A DNA stretch of 64,000 nucleotides, from positions 1-64,000 of the forward strand of contig CAWEHK010000049.1 of NCBI GenBank assembly GCA_963808625.1, written 5' to 3'. Below the pieces are notes generated by a model. It ran no database searches and was not told the DNA's origin. It saw only the letters and a program-made list of their open reading frames with translations. Made by a program: the position numbers and the translations under genes. The DNA is from an uncultured delta proteobacterium (GTDB lineage: Bacteria > Desulfobacterota > Syntrophobacteria > Syntrophobacterales > Syntrophobacteraceae). Shown one piece after another: positions 11,915-21,195 of the stretch. The stretch's first letter is position 1. Every line of letters begins with the position of its first letter.

Positions 11915-12284
11915 GAATCATTTCCTCGTGCAGCTCGGGTTATCCACTACAGCAATTCTGCAAGTTGATTGTGGCGAAACGATTTGAAGGCCATGCGATG
12001 ACTCCCCGGAAGCACTGCTCATTACCGCTGCGTTCTGCCATGGCCAAGCTTCAGTCATGGCAGTGTAGCACGAATTGCTTGTTGCAGCATAACAGCAAAC
12101 CTTCTCAGAGGAATCCCGCCGTTGCCGTCCGTTTGCTCAGGAACTTTACAACCCAGGACGCCCGCTGAAATCCTGCCTCTTTCCTCTGCCTCTGAGGCAA
12201 TGGCAGAGCTGCAGTGAAATGATTATCGTTTGGTATGGGTCGGTTCGACCCGATTTTCACCGAACACGAAAGGTGGTGTTTAAC

Positions 12285-12587
12285 ATGGAAGAAAGCAAAC
12301 TTCACCGCACGGACTACCGGACACTCATAGATCTTGCGCGATCCCGGAACATCAATTGTGTGGAAGCCCGTGGGTTGGATACGCGTAGAGGGATTCGCTT
12401 TCGGCAGAGCACGTCCGAGTGGATTGCCGTGGATGCCGACCTGCCTGTCGAGGAGAAGATCAGAACGTTGGGCTTTCTCTTGGAGAATGAGCCCGTAGAA
12501 ATGGCAGAGAAAGCCGGAATAACGAGCGACTTTTCCGGGGCCGGCTCGATGATACCCGTGCTCACCCTGTGCTGCCCGTCACACTGA
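12285..12587 (+). CDS. Small hypothetical protein ending in CCPSH
   Basis: ORF 12219..12587 with a plausible start at MEESKLH (AAGGTGG upstream); no family recognised. Confidence 0.5.
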   Translation: MEESKLHRTDYRTLIDLARSRNINCVEARGLDTRRGIRFRQSTSEWIAVDADLPVEEKIRTLGFLLENEPVEMAEKAGITSDFSGAGSMIPVLTLCCPSH

Positions 12588-12704
12588 TCGATGAGCTGCT
12601 GCCGGGCCCTTGAGTATGTTGCGATGAATCACCACGGGTGCTCATAAAAGCTAAATGATTACCTTCAGTTAAAGGAATGTAGTTGGGAAACGGAGGTGAT
12701 TGGC

Positions 12705-13019
12705 ATGAATGCCTGCGAAATTCCGACGCCGGAGATGTTTTCAAGAGCGATACACCTCCGCACGAACGGAAGTGAGCTCACCTTTGAGGATGCCAGAAAA
12801 GTTGCCTACGAGCGTGCCAGAACCTATGGCAGTGAGCCGATGCTGCTGAGCTGGTTTGAACGAAAGAGTGGGTCCTATTTTCCAAGTGTTGCTGAGTGCT
12901 GCCAGAGAGGCCAACCGACCTGGGTCAGTTACGCCCGGTCGCGAGGCGGGGACCTGACCATAGACATCAATGATGAAGATTACATCTTTATCTTCAGAGG
13001 TCAGCAAGGTTTAAGCTGA
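12705..13019 (+). CDS. AF1514-like (DUF5619) small protein
   Basis: EPMLLSWFER...ECC...PTWVSYARSRGGDLTIDINDEDYIFIF pattern; GGAGG upstream. Confidence 0.7.
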   Translation: MNACEIPTPEMFSRAIHLRTNGSELTFEDARKVAYERARTYGSEPMLLSWFERKSGSYFPSVAECCQRGQPTWVSYARSRGGDLTIDINDEDYIFIFRGQQGLS

Positions 13020-13969
13020 AGACGTTGCGGCCACATGGGGTCGTTAGCCATATCCCGTGTGGCCATTCTATTCTCTATGAGCAGTTTGCTGTTTGTGCAC
13101 GTCTTCAAACCAAAGTGCTGGGCTATTGATCGCCAGCGATGGTCGACTTTGTCACCGCTGAAAATGGTGGATTTTGAGGCAACGCCTAGCACCTAAAAGC
13201 CAGTGGATACGGGGTGAATCCTCCGCCCAGACAAGGGGATGCGGTCTGGTTTGCGATAACCATGAGGCCAAAGAGAAATTCCTGCTTTGACGAAGGAGTA
13301 AGGCACAATAGCCCATAACGGTTTCCTTGAGCCGAAAGGAAGAGGACTTGGCTGACAGTTTTGATTTGGACTTCAATTGATAATACTGTTGAAAGTTGTA
13401 GCGGGTCTGTAGTGAGGGGGCGTCTGCTCTGCGCTTCCCCCACGCGCTCAGGCATGCATTTTCTCTGCAATCTCTTCTTATTCTTCCCGGTTCCGCGTGT
13501 TGGAAACTGTCTCCCAGAAACTTCTTGTCAAATAACTCAGCATAATATATTGAAAAAACGAAGCGATGTGGAACGAAGCACAGGAGCAGAGGCAAGTCGT
13601 CCGATGACGAGGATACCAAACATACCCCCATGCTCTGGGGTTATCCAGAAACGGCAAACTTTCTCGTTAGGGTGCGATACAATGTCGTATCGTTGGGTTT
13701 GCTCAGCTGCCGACCTGGAGCACCCGGCATGTTCCTGCCAGTTCCTACGCAGGAGTACTACCGACGTGCTGATGAGGGGTGCTAAGCCCTGCGTACAAAG
13801 TACCGAATCGGGTTTAAATGTTGACAGGAGGATCCCTCCGGAAATCCTCCCCGATTAAGGGCCAGGGACGGGGTGATAGCCTGAAAGTAATTTAATGCCC
13901 GTAAGCGTCCTCAGGCGAGTGCGGATCTACCTGGATTAACCAGCGGTACTGGCGATACCGGAACAAGTC

Positions 13970-14330
13970 AGCGCGCCGATGCCGCCCCTGATTAAGAAGC
14001 TTAATGCAACGCTTCGGGGTTGAGCTGACTACTAACGCCGCGTGGTGGCCTCGGAAGCTTTAGGTCGTATTGACGCCTATGTCTTTGAGCAACTCTGGCG
14101 TACGATACACCGACGGCACTCTACGAAATCCGCTAAATGACTGACTGAGCAATACTGGTCGGCTGCTGGAAAGAATGTATTTGCCGTCATATCCAAGACC
14201 GCTAAGACTGGCAGGAAAGTCTGCCAGATCCTGCGAGTGAGCGCCAGGGGATCCGGTGGTATGTGAATATCAAAGCTGGCGCTAGCTAGTCCTTATCTCC
14301 TCGATCACGCCGACTACTTCTGTCATCGCC
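13970..14330 (+). pseudogene. Group II intron maturase (domain X) remnant
   Basis: Hand translation LIKKLNATLRG*ADY*RRVVASEALGRIDAYVFEQLWRTIHRRHSTKSAK*LTEQYW; in-frame stops sit at normally conserved W/Y positions. Confidence 0.85.
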
Positions 14331-14472
14331 GGGACAAGCAGAATAGTAACCTGCTGATGGCCATGTCGGCTCGGGAATTCCTGGCTATGGCTTCGTTTTA
14401 TGAGGCAACTCAGCTGCCCCACAAGGGGTGCCTTTTGAGATGATCGAGGCTTGTGACGAGAAACTGTCACGT

Positions 14473-14625
14473 GGGGCGTCTAAATTGGCTCTGGAAACTT
14501 TCCCAGTTTTTGGACCCCCAAATTTCCGGCTTAGTAACCCGCCACATCTTCGCTCAGGAGGATTTCTCGGGGGCCAAAAGCCGGGCAACGAAATTGGGGT
14601 GATTTTGGCCCTTTTTAGACGCCCT
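14473..14625. mobile_element. 153-bp MITE inserted in intron domain V
   Basis: Terminal inverted repeats GGGGCGTCTAAA / TTTAGACGCCCT; 11-bp target duplication AACTGTCACGT at 14462-14472 and 14626-14636. Confidence 0.92.
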
Positions 14626-14720
14626 AACTGTCACGTATCGTTCCGAGGGGGAAAGGGACTGTGAGACACCCTGACCTACCCGATACCTATAAGGAACTAT
14701 CGGTAAGTAAGGAGGGAAAT

Positions 14721-16229
14721 ATGATTCATGGTGGGGTGGGATACATTAGAAATGGGAAGCTTTTTGTTCCGCACGAACTCCTCAAGCCTTTGTCGATTTT
14801 TCACCAGACGAGTTTATTTGGGATTTACTATCCATCGAAATATGAGTCTTGTTCTATGCGCCACTGTTTCGTTTTTAGTCCAATACCACATCGTCAATGG
14901 CCAAGCATTGGCAGGTATGTCATTAGATTACAACACAAACGACACGCTATAAATGCAATTACTAATTTATTATCCGAGTTAAACATTTCAATATTATTTT
15001 CAGACGCTGTTAGATCGGGATACAGATTCGACACGTGGAATCTAACTGTTTCTTTTGAGGACATAGCTGAAGCTGACAAACTGTATTACGAAACTAATGA
15101 ATCAATATATAAAGAAGCATATGAAAAGATAAAAACAACAAAGTGTATTATCGAAGACCAATGCCATGAGGTTCTTTTTAGAGATGAGAAAGACATTCAA
15201 CTCAAGGACTCAGTTATAGATATTCCTCATACGGCACTACCCTATTTTCATCAAGAATCCTTATTGCGAGCTAGCGACAGTAACAAAGACGCATGGATTT
15301 ATAGGCCATTCTCTGTCGAATATGATCAAAATGCTAATGCGCTATACTCAGATGACGAAATAATACATTCTATAACTGAGCATATATCTACATCGGCCCA
15401 TTGTGTGACAGAAAGTGTAATATTTATAAGCACAGATATAAGAGATGTAACTATACGAACCGCATTATTATCGACAAACTATCTAAGCCATCTTATTGAA
15501 GCAAATTATACTTATGAGCGAAGAGGTATGCCTCACACAAGCAGAGGGATATTGGCGCACGTATTAAGTCAGCTTCCAGAATATTTTATTCTTTGGAAAA
15601 TGACAAATCGGACAAGAACGAGTTCTGTTCACATGGAGCGGGGATCGACGTCATTCATAATTGAGGACGCAAGACCAGATTCAACTAATGTCCTTCAATT
15701 AGCGCAGGAGAGGTTCAACAAGATTAAAGATTCATCAATGCCATCAGGAATGGAACATCTTCGCATTGTAAGTGTGAATGTAAGGCCATTGTCCATAGCC
15801 CGAATGGTATCTCAACTTGAAACTAACAAACTAAGCCACGGCTACGACGTATTTATTAGCTACAGCAGTGCTGATATGCATCTTGCAGAAAAATTGCAGA
15901 ATGCACTTAAGGATGAAGGCCTCTCATGCTTTATGGCTGGCAAGGAACTCAAAGCTGGCGATGTATTTTCCGAAAAAATAAGAAGAGCACTTCTTGAATC
16001 TAGGGAGATATGTATATTATTTACTCCTAATTCAAAAAACAGCGAATGGGTAATGACTGAGTGGGGCGCTGCTTGGGCACTTGACAAGGTAATAATTCCA
16101 ATACTCTATAGAACAAGCCCAAGTGACCTTCCAGAAAGGCTTAGGTCTCTGCAGAGTATAGACTTTCATCAGTTGAAAGACTATGTTTTTGAAGCGGTCA
16201 GTCGACAAGAAGAACAAAGTCAGAGTTAA
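14721..16229 (+). CDS. TIR-domain protein with a long N-terminal region (putative tandem ACT-like domains); AT-rich
   Basis: AGGAGG RBS before ATG 14721; C-terminal YDVFISYSSAD...FTPNSKNSEWVMTEWGAA...IIPIL TIR_2 motifs. Confidence 0.88.
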   Translation: MIHGGVGYIRNGKLFVPHELLKPLSIFHQTSLFGIYYPSKYESCSMRHCFVFSPIPHRQWPSIGRYVIRLQHKRHAINAITNLLSELNISILFSDAVRSGYRFDTWNLTVSFEDIAEADKLYYETNESIYKEAYEKIKTTKCIIEDQCHEVLFRDEKDIQLKDSVIDIPHTALPYFHQESLLRASDSNKDAWIYRPFSVEYDQNANALYSDDEIIHSITEHISTSAHCVTESVIFISTDIRDVTIRTALLSTNYLSHLIEANYTYERRGMPHTSRGILAHVLSQLPEYFILWKMTNRTRTSSVHMERGSTSFIIEDARPDSTNVLQLAQERFNKIKDSSMPSGMEHLRIVSVNVRPLSIARMVSQLETNKLSHGYDVFISYSSADMHLAEKLQNALKDEGLSCFMAGKELKAGDVFSEKIRRALLESREICILFTPNSKNSEWVMTEWGAAWALDKVIIPILYRTSPSDLPERLRSLQSIDFHQLKDYVFEAVSRQEEQSQS

Positions 16230-16575
16230 CCACCGGCATGGCCGGTGTCTTGCCTGGGCCTATAATGGAGTTGGTAGCAGCATCCGTCCAGAGGGATACT
16301 GGGCTTTGTCCAAAAATTTGACCATCTTGCGACCAATATTACCTACTTCCTCCGCTTTTGTTCCATGGTAACCCGCCCCCCTTAGAATCGGTTACTCTGT
16401 CTTTTCCTGATCTTGAGCGCTTTCTTACTCTTGCCTCACCCAAGTCCTCGGTACGCACGCCGTAACCGCAAGCCGAAAAGCTGTGACCTTTGAAATCTTT
16501 CTTCTGACTACTGTCCTTCTCGAACACAGGTGCATTACTCGGTTGCTACAGACTGAACGCCGATGATCAACGGTG

Positions 16576-16902
16576 TCAGTCCTCCACCGGCACCTTGAGA
16601 AAGAGCAGGGGGGCGTGCTGTTGGGCGCCGTAGACGTCGGAGTCGCCAGAGCGACCCGAAACCAGCGGGCGCACCATGGTGCATTTCACGGCACAGGCCG
16701 GGTCGAAGTAGACCACTTTCAGAATCTTCTCGACGTCTACGCCGTAGAGTTCCGCAAAGAGCTCTCGGGTGAAGAAATTGATCTCCTTCAGAAAGAGATA
16801 ATGCTTTTCCTCCTTGAACATGATATCGAGCGTCAGTTCATAGGGACCGGCATTTTTGCTGCGGATCACGGCGGCGACGTCAGTAAGGGGTGCTTCTTTC
16901 AC
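16576..16902 (-). CDS. DUF4387 family protein
   Basis: VIRSKNAGPYELTLDIMF...DSDVYGAQQHAPL. Confidence 0.88.
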   Translation of the reverse strand: MKEAPLTDVAAVIRSKNAGPYELTLDIMFKEEKHYLFLKEINFFTRELFAELYGVDVEKILKVVYFDPACAVKCTMVRPLVSGRSGDSDVYGAQQHAPLLFLKVPVED

Positions 16903-18259
16903 GGGCCAACCTCACATATTTCGATGGGAAAAAGCTCAACGGGATCGTCTACCTGCATCAGGTGGTAGATGTTGAATTCAAACACATCGCCGCACGGGAT
17001 ATCGGAGGGACTGTAAAGCAGGGCGAGATTGCCGGCGGTGGATATGCGTCCGGGATATCCGTAGTGGAGCAGCGTGCTCCGGACATAGGAACAGACCGCA
17101 TTGGCCTGTTCCTGGTCCCTGGCGATCACTTCGATGACCAGGCCGAGCTCATGCGCCAGGCGGTTCTTTTCCGGTTCCATCTTCCCCATGACCCCGTCTT
17201 TTCCGTAGACATGGAAGAGCAGGGTGCCGGTAAACCCGAGGGCTTCCCTCACCTGATCTTTGACCTGTTCCAGCACGGCGTCAATTTGACCGAATGAGGA
17301 TCGGGTCCCTGATACCGGCTATGGAGATGGTCCGGAAGCCCCCGTGCCTTACCCCCTCGAGCTTGATGGTGTAGGGATCGGCAGGAATGAAGCGGGTCCC
17401 GGAAACGCGGGTGCGTCCGTCATCAGTGCCTCGAAACGGGTCTCGGTCAGATCGAGAGTGCCGCCGGGGCCGGGCAGGAGGTAGGGATCGCTTTTTTCGT
17501 AAAGGGTGTGAGCGGCCGTTGAAGTCGGCGTGAATTGCCGCTCCTCATTGAGCGATTCCAGTTCGAAGTGATCCTTGATAGAGCGTGCCCATGACGCAGT
17601 CGCGGCCGCTTCCGGGAGTCGCCGCAATCGCTGCGCATTCGAGAATCTTGCCCAGGTGATAGGCAAGCCCCGGATCGAAGCCTTGCCTGATCGCCGGCGC
17701 CGCAAAGGGCACCGGGTCATAGCAGCGGCCGCAGAGGACAATCTGCAGGCCCGCCTCCAGGGCTTTGAAGACGGGCTCGGCGCCCATCTGGGCGACAATG
17801 CGCACACTGTTCTCAACATCCTCGGCAGTAATCTCGGGCGCGGGATGGAGCGGGCTCACCCGCCCCTGTTCCAGGGCCCGCAAGACTTCTGCCTTGGCGA
17901 CATCGGCATAGATGACGGCCATCCTGAAGCGGTAGCCCTTGTTCCCGCGCGATCTCCCGGATGATGGCTTCGGTCCAGGCCACATGTTCCCTGGCGCCGC
18001 ATCCGCCCGCCGTGCCGATGATACACGGGATGGACAATTCCAGAGCGGCTCCAAGCATCAGCTCCAGATCCCGTTTCACCGCCGAGCGGCTGGTGAAGGA
18101 CTTGCCCGCGCCAAGGTAATAGGGCCCCGGGTCGGTGCTGCCCGCATCAACGGCAATGAGGTCGGGGCGTTTCTCGATTCCCCGAGCGAAAGAGCGTTCC
18201 GGGAACCCGTACCCAAGAATCGCGGTAGGCGAAAGGACTTTGAAGGAATCATTTTTCAT
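16899..18259 (-). CDS. Acyclic terpene utilization AtuA-family protein; frameshifted
   Basis: SPTAILGYGF, DAGSTDPGPYYLG, GKILECAA, AAHTLYEKSDP and GRISTAGNLA motifs across four ORF pieces. Confidence 0.85.
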
Positions 18260-18281
18260 GGCATTAACCTAGATGGAAACA

Positions 18282-18356
18282 GGAGCAGAAATCAGGAGTC
18301 AGCAGAATTCAGGAGACAGAAGACAGAAGCCAGAGATGAAGCCAGAAATCAGGAAG
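18282..18356. repeat. Degenerate purine-rich heptamer-like tandem tract (e.g. CAGAAGA/CAGAAGC)
   Basis: Visible imperfect tandem units upstream of the AtuA gene. Confidence 0.5.
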
Positions 18357-18409
18357 TTCGAGTCGAGCCGATTGTTTTCTCTGAGCTCAGCAGACAGAAT
18401 AGAAGATGA

Positions 18410-19320
18410 TTACTTCGTGTGATTTCGTTCTCCTTCGTGTGACTTCGTGGATGAAAGAAGAGAGGAATCACGAGCTCCCCACTCCTTCAAGCGTGAAATG
18501 GCATCCATTCCTTCCGCTGCGCCCACCGGCAGAGCCACATGGGGTCCCGGCGGGATCATGGTGTCGCGAGGGTTGATTCTTATGAGGACCCCGCTCGTCG
18601 GTTTGCGACCTGTTCGGATTTCCAGCGGACCGTCGCCACTGCTGTTCCCGCCCCCATCTCCACGATGCCAGCCGCATCCCCTTATCGGCAATGGGCTCTC
18701 AGCCACTGCGCCAGCCGCTCGCCCTGCTCCTGGCTCCGGCGCCGTTCCAGGACCAGTCGCCGAACATCAGAATATTGGGCCGCGCCATCTCACCACACCT
18801 GATGCAGCGCGGCAGAGGTTCCCGGGCTTCGAAGACCTCTTCGTCGACCGTAACCTGCGATGTCGCGCGCATCCCAGATGTCGTGGCCGCACGGACCGAG
18901 GCACTGTAAATAGTGGATGGAGCCGTGGCATTCCTCGATCCGGTCCTCGTCATAACCGGCCTTCTGAAAGTGTCCATCGACATTGGAGGTGAAGACGAAA
19001 TAGCCGCCCGGCTTTTCGTCTCGCAATTTCGAGCAACTGCCGAAAACCTCGGTGAGGGATCGTCTTCCGGTAGAGATTGAGCCGGTGTCCATAGAAGGCC
19101 CAGGCCAGCTGCGGGTTGCTGAAAAACCATTCCGGGTTGGCCATTTCGACAAATGATTTACCCAGCCTGGCGATGGGCGGATAGGCTTTCCAGAAGCCCT
19201 CTTTGCCGCGAAAATCCGGCAACCCGGAATCCACACCGATCCCCGCGCCAGCCGTGATAAGCACCGCATCGGCGTCGTCGAGCTCCCTGGCTGCCTGTTT
19301 TACGTGTCGTCGAACACCAT
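18410..19320 (-). CDS. SIR2/CobB-family NAD-dependent protein deacylase; frameshifted
   Basis: ITAGAGIGVDSGLPDFRG, FTSNVDGHFQKAG, ECHGSIHYLQC, PRCIRCGEMARPNILMFGD and LIRINPRD. Confidence 0.88.
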
Positions 19321-19433
19321 AGTAACCTCTCCCCGACCATTCCTCCAATCTGACCCCAATGGCTCGCTGCATTGACAAAGGCACCGGGCGGGTTGGAAAA
19401 CCCGCCCTCCTTTTACAGTGAATCGGAACACAC

Positions 19434-19516
19434 CACTCATTACTCATTACTCATCACTCAGCACCCAGCACTCTAGCACTCAGCACTCAGCACTCAGCAC
19501 TCAGCACTCAGCACTA
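19434..19516. repeat. Heptamer tandem repeat (CACTCAG / TACTCAT), about 11-12 units
   Basis: Directly visible downstream of the FAH gene. Confidence 0.9.
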
Positions 19517-19533
19517 CTTCATCAACCACCGGA

Positions 19534-20320
19534 TTAGTCAACGTCCCGATGTCGCTCCACCTCGATTTCAACGGTATCACCGGACTTGAGAAAAACCGGC
19601 GGCTGGCGCACAAAGCCTACCCCACTCGGCGTTCCCGTGAGAATAACGGTCCCGGGAAGGAGTGTGGTTCCTTCCGAGAGGAACGCAATGAGTTCCGCCA
19701 CGGAAAAGATCATGTCGGAGGTATTGCTGTCCTGCATCACCTCATTGTTCAGGATACACCGGAGCCGCAGGTTCTGTGGATCCGGTATTTCGTCGGCGGT
19801 CACCAACTCGGGTCCCAGCGGACAGAAGGTGTCGAAGCTCTTGCCGCGAATCCACTGGGAGGCGCCGGCATGTTGCTGCCACCATCTGGCTGAAACGTCG
19901 TTGCCGGCCGTGTATCCGAGGACATAATCCAGCGCCTTGGCTGCAGGGACGTTCCTGGCGGGCTTCCCGATGACCGCCACCAGTTCAGCCTCATAATCGA
20001 CCTGGGCCGGATTCGGTACACACCCGGGGCAGGATGATGGGATCATCCGGATGAGCCACTGCTGCGGGATTCTTCATAAAGAGCACGGGATATTCAGGAA
20101 TCTTTATTCCCGTTTCAGCAGCGTGCTGCCGGTAATTGAGCCCAATGCAGAGAATGGCCACCGGGTCCAGGGGGGCCAGAAGCTTTTCACGGGAACCGTG
20201 ATTCCCGCATTCCTGAAAGCCATGAAACAAATGCCCATGGAGAAGAACGGCCTGACCATCCCGGAAGTCACGCCCGTAGCACTCTTTCCCGTTTTCATCC
20301 AGGAACCGAACGATGCGCAT
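19534..20320 (-). CDS. Fumarylacetoacetate hydrolase family protein; frameshifted
   Basis: [43 protein letters not shown] and TGTPSGVG. Confidence 0.92.
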
Positions 20321-20385
20321 TGCTAAGCCCCTCTTTTCTGATCATTAGCCTCAATCAACCACCCCCGGCGCAAGTAAACCCTTCC

Positions 20386-21045
20386 TTATGCAACGGGGGC
20401 AATGATCGAGTAAAAAACAGCCAAGAAATGAAGACCACTTCCCGCCAGCACAAATCCATGCCAGATGGCATGGTGGTAGGGCAACCGATGCCAAAGATAA
20501 AACCCGATGCCCGCCGTATAAGTAACTCCTCCCGCGACCAGCAACGCCAGCCCGGCAGGAGGGACTGAGGCACTCAATGGTTTGATTGCCACCACTGCCG
20601 CCCAACCCATTACCACGTAAAGAACCACTCGCAAAAAACTGAATCTCCGCAACAAAGAGAACTGCAGGGCAATGCCAAGGATGGCGAGTCCCCAAATCAA
20701 GCCGAAAAGAGACCAGCCCCAGCGACCACGCAGGTTCACCAGCGTGAAAGGCGTATAGCTGCCGGCGATGAGCAGAAAAATGGCGGAGTGGTCAAAGACT
20801 TGCAGTACACTCTTGGCACGAGGGTGCTGAATAGTGTGGTAGAGAGTGGATGCAGCATAAAGGAAGATGAGGGAAGCCCCGTAAATGCTGCAACTCACGA
20901 TGTGGCGAGCGGTACCGGACGCACTTACATGGGCAATCAGCACTGCCATTGCCACAATCGCCAGAATCATCCCCACGCCGTGGATGACGCTATGGGCTAT
21001 TTCTTCTCTGATCCCGTACCTGGGGGGATTCGAACTGCCACTCAT
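20386..21045 (-). CDS. Hemolysin III / PAQR family membrane protein
   Basis: EEIAHSVIHG, ASTLYH, DHSAIFLLIAGSYTP and HAIWHGFVLAGSGLHF. Confidence 0.93.
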   Translation of the reverse strand: MSGSSNPPRYGIREEIAHSVIHGVGMILAIVAMAVLIAHVSASGTARHIVSCSIYGASLIFLYAASTLYHTIQHPRAKSVLQVFDHSAIFLLIAGSYTPFTLVNLRGRWGWSLFGLIWGLAILGIALQFSLLRRFSFLRVVLYVVMGWAAVVAIKPLSASVPPAGLALLVAGGVTYTAGIGFYLWHRLPYHHAIWHGFVLAGSGLHFLAVFYSIIAPVA

Positions 21046-21116
21046 TCTTCAAATTCCATCTCGGTGCTCTTGGGGACCCACTTGATGGCCAGGGAGGCAG
21101 CGCCATTTTCTGTTTG

Positions 21117-21146
21117 TTGACGCTGCCATCGCCGCACTATTATAAT
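21117..21146 (+). promoter_or_regulatory. Sigma70-like promoter for the AmrB-AmrA gene
   Basis: TTGACG-N18-TATAAT, 50 bp upstream of ATG 21196. Confidence 0.6.
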
Positions 21147-21195
21147 CCTCTGATTTCGATGACATCAATTTTAAACCTTTCACCGCGAGAATCTT

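Larger units (their letters stand above)
13672..14684 (+). mobile_element. Degenerate, internally deleted group II intron (IIB, CL-like), RT domains lost
   Basis: 5' GTGCG at 13672; maturase X remnant; domain V GAGGCTTGTGACGAGAAACTGTCACGT-ATCGTTCCGAGGGGG once the MITE is removed; domain VI ending CCTACCCGAT at 14684. Confidence 0.85.

Noticed and set aside
12560..12660. Selenocysteine read-through at the CCPSH-TGA end
   Set aside because: No CxxU-type context or convincing SECIS hairpin
13020..13670. Integron integrase or other gene remnant upstream of the intron
   Set aside because: No tyrosine recombinase motifs; the overlapping ORFs look spurious
14661..14720. Longer GTG start for the TIR gene
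   Set aside because: It begins inside intron domain VI; ATG 14721 has a strong AGGAGG RBS
14721..19320. TIR gene plus nearby SIR2 gene as a Thoeris-like system
   Set aside because: The sirtuin is a short CobB-type deacylase with zinc-finger cysteines and no SLOG/Macro domain; it has host-like GC, lies on the opposite strand and is separated by unrelated genes
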